This document shows positions 62,533 to 64,000 of a stretch of 64,000 nucleotides of DNA, one piece after another. The notes beneath the pieces were generated by a model, which worked only from the letters and a program-made list of their open reading frames with translations, was not told the DNA's origin and searched no databases. Position 1 is the stretch's first letter. Each line of letters begins with the position of its first letter. The translations under genes were made by a program, and so were the position numbers. Source of the stretch: Armatimonadota bacterium. Its GTDB lineage: Bacteria; Armatimonadota; UBA5829; JAUSEB01. The stretch is from positions 29,238 to 93,237 of the forward strand of contig JAUSGG010000015.1 of NCBI GenBank assembly GCA_030649165.1, written 5' to 3'.

Positions 62533-64000
62533 ATGATACGGTATCCGAAGCTGCTCCCCCTCACCATCCTTTCCGTCCTGCTGCTGATGACTCTGCCGCA
62601 TATCGCCTCAGCGTCCCCGGAGTTTCAGGAAGCTATTGTCGCCTCCGGCGGCAAATGCGATTGGATTATCTTCGTCCACGAGCCTCCGGCCGGTCTCAAG
62701 CCTTCGGACGTCTATAACCTCGGATGGGCGTACTGGACTTACGGTTTCGAAAAGGTAGCGGCGGACGAACTGGCTTCGCTCATCGAGAAGATGACCGGCG
62801 CCAAACCGCAAGTCGCGACGGTGATTGACAAGTCCGAGATTCCCGCCACGAAAGCCATAGTCGTTGGCTCCTTGGCAGCCGACCTGGGAGCTATTCCGCC
62901 CAAGAGCAAGTACGGGATCGACGGGAGTGTGGTCCAGGTCGAAAAGGACAGAATACTCCTCGCCGGCGAAACCCCCCTCGCCTCCTACTTCGCAATGGTC
63001 CGGCTCGCCGAGATGGCCGGCTGCAGGTGGTACATGCCCGGCGAGCTGGGGGAGATCATCCCGAAGCTGGATGAGCTTGCTTTCAAGGAGGGTAATTACG
63101 AGGAGGTTCCGACGGTCTGGTCCAGGTATTTGTGGTTCCACGGCGGGGACGACGCAGCCGTATCGGGGCAGAGCCGTTGGCTGCTTCACAACAGGCAGTA
63201 CGGCAGGGTCGTCTCGTGCGGCCACAACTGGGAGAACATTCTGCCGGCATCGAGGTACTTCAAGGACCATCCGGAGTGGTACGCGTCTATCCACGGAAAT
63301 CGAGTGCCTTTCATGCTCTGCACTACTAACGAGGAGATGACGAAGGAGTTCATCAAGAACCTCAAGGAGTTGATCAAGGCCAATCCCAGCCAGACGTGGT
63401 GGTCTATCTCGCAGGACGACGGCAACTGGTTCTGCGACTGCGGTAACTGCAGAGCGCTGGACCCGAACCTCAAGGAAGTCGCAATGCCCGATCTGCCCCA
63501 GATCACGGACCGGCTGGTCAACTTCTACAACAAGGTGGCGACGGAGGTCGTGAAGGAGTATCCCGACAAGTACTTCTGCTTCCTCGCCTACATAAGCACA
63601 ATCGCGCCTCCGCTCAGGGAGAAGCCCCACCCGCATCTTATGCCGATGATCGCGCCCATCTTTCACTCGTCATACCGGCCAATAGGCGCGCCGGACTGCG
63701 AGGACATGCAGGCGCTCAAGACATATGTCGAGGGCTGGAGTGGGATGTGCGACCAGATCGCGTTCTACGACTACGGCTTCAATCTCAACGATCTTGTCCT
63801 GCCTTACACGCGGGAGAGCCAGACGCGCCTCGATATGCCGTTCCTGGCGCGAAACAAGACCGGGTGTGTGTGTATTGAGACCTCCAACGTCTGGCAAAAC
63901 CTGCTGCCTTATTACTACCTGCTGGCCCGGATGAATATCGACCCCGGGCTGGACGCCGACAAGGTGGTGAACGAGTTCTACAGGGACTTCTTCGGCCCGG
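62533..64000 (+). CDS. Secreted DUF4838-like (glycosidase-like) protein, 3'-partial; not in the supplied ORF track
   Basis: ATG at 62533 with RBS GAGG. Signal peptide MIRYPKLLPLTILSVLLLMTLPHIASA. Frame stays open to the window end. LCTTNEEM...WWSISQDDGNWFCDCGNCRALD resembles DUF4838. Confidence 0.7.
   Translation, partial: MIRYPKLLPLTILSVLLLMTLPHIASASPEFQEAIVASGGKCDWIIFVHEPPAGLKPSDVYNLGWAYWTYGFEKVAADELASLIEKMTGAKPQVATVIDKSEIPATKAIVVGSLAADLGAIPPKSKYGIDGSVVQVEKDRILLAGETPLASYFAMVRLAEMAGCRWYMPGELGEIIPKLDELAFKEGNYEEVPTVWSRYLWFHGGDDAAVSGQSRWLLHNRQYGRVVSCGHNWENILPASRYFKDHPEWYASIHGNRVPFMLCTTNEEMTKEFIKNLKELIKANPSQTWWSISQDDGNWFCDCGNCRALDPNLKEVAMPDLPQITDRLVNFYNKVATEVVKEYPDKYFCFLAYISTIAPPLREKPHPHLMPMIAPIFHSSYRPIGAPDCEDMQALKTYVEGWSGMCDQIAFYDYGFNLNDLVLPYTRESQTRLDMPFLARNKTGCVCIETSNVWQNLLPYYYLLARMNIDPGLDADKVVNEFYRDFFGP

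Noticed and set aside
62608-63666. 352-aa minus-strand ORF in the supplied track
   Set aside because: It is antisense to a much better plus-strand gene (62533 to the window end) that has an RBS, a signal peptide and DUF4838-like motifs. It is a typical long spurious antisense ORF in GC-rich DNA.

Overview
This is a GC-rich bacterial chromosomal segment of about 60 genes, with tight operon packing and many ATGA/GTGA stop-start overlaps. PEP-CTERM proteins, prepilin-like DUF1559 proteins, weak Shine-Dalgarno usage and the type of secreted multidomain proteins suggest a PVC/Planctomycetes-like or related candidate-phylum anaerobe. This placement is inference.

Content, from left to right:
- A 7-gene minus-strand operon: FGGY sugar kinase, a divergent glycyl-radical enzyme (GRE), its radical-SAM activase, a 758-aa unknown protein, a Zn-ribbon/DUF2007 protein, and a Gfo/Idh/MocA-aldo/keto-reductase fusion.
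- lnt and a lipoprotein.
- A promoter plus leader-terminator controlled operon encoding an unknown 527-aa protein, a GCS2 (YbdK-like) carboxylate-amine ligase, an HExxH protein and a C26 gamma-glutamyl hydrolase.
- Housekeeping genes: nadE, prs, pth, a MATE exporter, cstA.
- Two tandem DUF1559 prepilin-like genes and a ribose-type sugar ABC transporter.
- A 929-aa TPR protein and a MoxR/DUF4350/DUF4129 set.
- plsC, cmk, tyrA, a DAHP synthase and a HisC-family aminotransferase.
- An ECF sigma factor fused to a BFN/DUF151-like domain, and a P. stutzeri-type L-rhamnose isomerase.
- Two URO-D-like paralogs, a GAF histidine kinase with an ANTAR response regulator, and a PP2C phosphatase.
- A 1918-aa secreted multidomain protein.
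- tRNA-Leu(GAG), followed by a 3.5-kb islet that ends in a 79-bp direct repeat of the tRNA 3' part.
- tRNA-Val(CAC), and a partial DUF4838-like secreted protein at the right edge.

Intergenic regions carry several repeat families: RAACCYTA-type tandem octamers, two REP-like palindromes, a 40-bp structured repeat, a MITE-like element and GTTGTCG heptamers. All calls rest on reading the translations and the DNA by eye; no searches were run.
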